Notes under the pieces: generated by a model
The model's database searches: none
Told to the model about the DNA's origin: nothing
The model's input: only the letters and a program-made list of their open reading frames with translations
Shown here: one piece after another, positions 36,503 through 39,101 of the stretch
Layout of the letters: every line of letters starts with the position of its first letter
Numbering within the stretch: the first letter of the stretch is position 1
Position numbers and translations under genes: made by a program
Origin: Candidatus Eiseniibacteriota bacterium
GTDB lineage: Bacteria > Arandabacterota > Arandabacteria > Arandabacterales > Arandabacteraceae
Assembly: GCA_043810925.1 (NCBI GenBank)
Contig: JBDRNT010000041.1
Span: 1-39,101 of the forward strand
Length of the DNA: 39,101 nt
Direction of reading: 5' to 3'

Positions 36503-37435
36503 ATGCGAACTGTCTTCGTGTCTGTCATAGTCATATCCTTGGCGGGCAGTACGGTATTGGCTGATACCGCGAGCCAGCTGACCACAAACCCGTCGAGTGA
36601 CCTCAATCCAGCCTGGTCTCCTGATGGAAGCTTGATCGCATTCGAGTCCGACAGAAGTGGCAACTATGACATCTGGGCAATCCCTGCCTTGGGAGGTGAC
36701 CCTGTTCAGATAACCACCAACACTGCTGATGATCACCACCCAACCTGGTCTCCCGATGGAAGCATGATTGCATTCCATTCGGACAGAAGCGGCCATACCG
36801 ACATTTGGACAATCCCGTCATCTGGCGGGACAGCCACTCAGATAACCGCCAGTATTTACAGCGAAGCGGAACCGGCGTGGTCACCCGACGGGAGCACAAT
36901 CGCATATGTTGCGCACTATGACCCGCACATACTCAATGACCATATATGGTTAGTTCCATCTACAGGTGGGGTCCCGACACAGTTACAGTCAACGACAAGC
37001 AGCGAAGCCAGCCCAGACTGGTCACCTGACGGGAGCCGAATAGCGTTCACCAACACTGGCGCCGGTCTGCCTGAGATCTATATTGTACCTGTGGACGGAG
37101 GTTTAGCGACCAGCGTGACAGGCGGCTTTGGCTTTGAGGGAGGTCCCACATGGTCACCAGGCGGCAATGAGATAGCGTACCATCGCGATCCGATATGGCC
37201 TGTTGGAGAGCCCTCTAACTACGACATCTATGTAGCGCCTTCAGGGGGCGGACCGAAAAGCCGGATTACAGATGATCCCGCGGAGGACAAGCAACCCGAC
37301 TGGTCGCCCGACTGTACTCGCATAGTCTTTTGCTCCAATCGGAGTGGTAACTGGGATCTGTGGGTAATCGAGGTCGGAGGCCCGAGTGAGACTGAGCCTT
37401 CCACCTGGGGCAGCATAAAGGCGATGTTCAGATGA
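36503..37435 (+). CDS. Secreted TolB-like PD40 beta-propeller protein; TW tail
   Basis: Six PxWSP(D/G) repeats; ends TEPSTWGSIKAMFR*. Confidence 0.88.
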   Translation: MRTVFVSVIVISLAGSTVLADTASQLTTNPSSDLNPAWSPDGSLIAFESDRSGNYDIWAIPALGGDPVQITTNTADDHHPTWSPDGSMIAFHSDRSGHTDIWTIPSSGGTATQITASIYSEAEPAWSPDGSTIAYVAHYDPHILNDHIWLVPSTGGVPTQLQSTTSSEASPDWSPDGSRIAFTNTGAGLPEIYIVPVDGGLATSVTGGFGFEGGPTWSPGGNEIAYHRDPIWPVGEPSNYDIYVAPSGGGPKSRITDDPAEDKQPDWSPDCTRIVFCSNRSGNWDLWVIEVGGPSETEPSTWGSIKAMFR

Positions 37436-37456
37436 GAGCCGGACCAAGGAAGGCTA

Positions 37457-38044
37457 TCAGTAATACCCTGGATCCACGACCTTTCCTATGAAGAGGATTG
37501 TGTTCGTCTGATTCTCCCTGATGGCGAAGATGAAGGGGCGGCTCACCCAGAACTGGAAATGCGCACAGTCAGGCGTGTTGCCGGTGGACATGTCCACTTC
37601 AGTAACTGCTGCTGCCTCTGTTCCCAGTTCATCCACCCTTACGTAGGTCTTGTGGAGAACATTACTAATAAAGAGGCCGGCAGACATGCCAGAGAAGTCC
37701 GCACCACCCCCGAAGGCTATGGCCATTCCCATCGTCTTGAGGGCTTCGTTGAGGTCGGCGCCGAACTCCAGCTCGAAACGCGGCAGGGCAACGCGCCCCC
37801 AGGACGTGATCTCGGACGAAGGGATGGGCGGCTCGCTACCCGTGCGGCGCGTCCATCCAGCAACCTGCCTGTCGCAACCCCAGACCTCGCCACTATGCAA
37901 CAGCACCTCACTTGAATGCAATGCGATGATCCCACCGGAGTTATGGTCAGCGTAGGTTTCTGCCTCCCCATACCTTGCCCCCACGTGAAAAGCTACCACC
38001 AACGCCAGAATCCCAAGACACACGTACATGAACTTCTTGGCCAT
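37457..38044 (-). CDS. Chimeric ORF: exported-protein N-terminus fused to the C-terminal third of a serpin (possibly a pseudogene)
   Basis: Signal peptide MAKKFMYVCLGILAL; then VALPRF...ADFSGM...HKTYVRVDELGTEAAAVT...RPFIFAIRE...ILFIGKVVDP serpin signature. Confidence 0.8.
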   Translation of the reverse strand: MAKKFMYVCLGILALVVAFHVGARYGEAETYADHNSGGIIALHSSEVLLHSGEVWGCDRQVAGWTRRTGSEPPIPSSEITSWGRVALPRFELEFGADLNEALKTMGMAIAFGGGADFSGMSAGLFISNVLHKTYVRVDELGTEAAAVTEVDMSTGNTPDCAHFQFWVSRPFIFAIRENQTNTILFIGKVVDPGYY

Positions 38045-38321
38045 ATCGTACCTCCTCTCACGCAGAGTATGGCATAGGTCTCGCGGTGCTCAAAGCCGGG
38101 AAGCAGGTGGGGTTAGACTGAATACCGTCAAGAATGAAAAGACAGATGCCTACATACCTGTGATTTCACTTTCAGGAGTCCATTGAAACATAAAGGTGTT
38201 GTGACCAAGAATGAGGGTGTTGACGCTAATTGCCGGTTTCTGTCATATCAGCTCAATTCTATGAAGGTCTCCAAGGTCAGTGCTATCAAGCAGAGAGTGT
38301 TTGTAACCATGTGGGTTTCCG

Positions 38322-39101
38322 TCAGTTCTGGACACCCCTTCGCATTCCGACAATCAGTTCCACCTCCGAATCGGGTATAGGTCCGTCAGATGGTTTCCCC
38401 TGGACAGCATCTTCGATCTGATCGAGGGCTTCTTGCACCTTTCTACCACCGAAGGTAATGTGGCTGGTAGAAATCACCTCCATCCAGGTTCCACCGCCTC
38501 GGCCCTCAAGCCGCTTGGCTATTGACTGTATGAATGCGATAACCTCCTCCTTGCCGACCAGCTCACGGGGCTCGGCGACGACCTTAGACTGCAGGTAGTT
38601 TTCGTGAAGGTAATACGAGGCCTCCCAAGGCAATCCATCCCACTTGACCACGACGGTCGCATCTCCATGGCGGATTTCGAAGGCCGGGTCGAGAAGCAGC
38701 CTATCCATGGAGTCAACAACGGCCTCGGTAGCTACATCCTTTGAGCCGGTGATCTCAAAGACACTGCCGTACACCCTTAATGCCTTGTCATCGAATGCTC
38801 TCCTTCTAGAATTGTACTGATGAGCGGCCTCACGCCATGTCTCCCCTTGCTCCACCAAGTCGACGATAAAGGGAACAGCCCCATAGGTGTTCTCCAGATC
38901 ATTTTCAGGGATCTGTTTAGGGGGAGGCTTCGGTACGGGGAATACTGCCAAACCGTTAATCCTCACACTGTCCCCCGGCTCCCAAGTGATCGAGACGTCA
39001 CTACGATATTCGCGTCCCTGAACAAAGAGCACGTTTCCGGGGGAAATCCTCATGCGGTACGGTAGTTCAATTCCCTCACCTTCACGAGCGCAACCCTCAA
39101 C
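38322..39101 (-). CDS. Hypothetical protein (5' end runs off the window)
   Basis: Frame stays open from 39053 to the window end (VEGCAREGEGIELPYR-MRISP...); no recognised domain. Confidence 0.7.
   Translation of the reverse strand, partial: VEGCAREGEGIELPYRMRISPGNVLFVQGREYRSDVSITWEPGDSVRINGLAVFPVPKPPPKQIPENDLENTYGAVPFIVDLVEQGETWREAAHQYNSRRRAFDDKALRVYGSVFEITGSKDVATEAVVDSMDRLLLDPAFEIRHGDATVVVKWDGLPWEASYYLHENYLQSKVVAEPRELVGKEEVIAFIQSIAKRLEGRGGGTWMEVISTSHITFGGRKVQEALDQIEDAVQGKPSDGPIPDSEVELIVGMRRGVQN

Overview
Bacterial chromosomal window, probably from a diderm of the FCB-affiliated candidate phyla. This is an inference from a FlgD/T9SS-like C-terminal domain, the TolC/RND system and the C-terminal TW(G)xIK tails. 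The window opens with the right end of an IS1202-like (ISNCY) element directly before a stand-alone gyrA. Next come a lipoprotein plus outer-membrane protein pair, a SAM-methyltransferase/HAD cluster, a secreted PNGase-like transglutaminase-fold protein and a threonine dehydratase. A short 13.9-15.1 kb segment is punctuated by four ~25-bp REP-like repeats. From ~17 kb the window is accessory DNA: a CsoR-controlled CusCBA Cu/Ag efflux locus, small cargo genes and a cluster of secreted proteins (PD40 propellers, a DUF11 protein, beta-helix proteins and a chimeric half-serpin). Two signals stand out. (1) Eight co-oriented, effectively intergenic copies of a sequence resembling the 3' end/att site of a large serine recombinase lie between 16.96 and 33.69 kb; one is still attached to a frameshifted recombinase remnant. 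They mix two alternative right halves and divide the cargo into modules, like a serine-recombinase cassette array. (2) Four tandem secreted proteins of three different folds share the C-terminal tail (S/T)TW(G/S)xIKx(L/M)(F/Y)R-stop, a candidate sorting signal. No tRNA, rRNA or CRISPR array was recognised.
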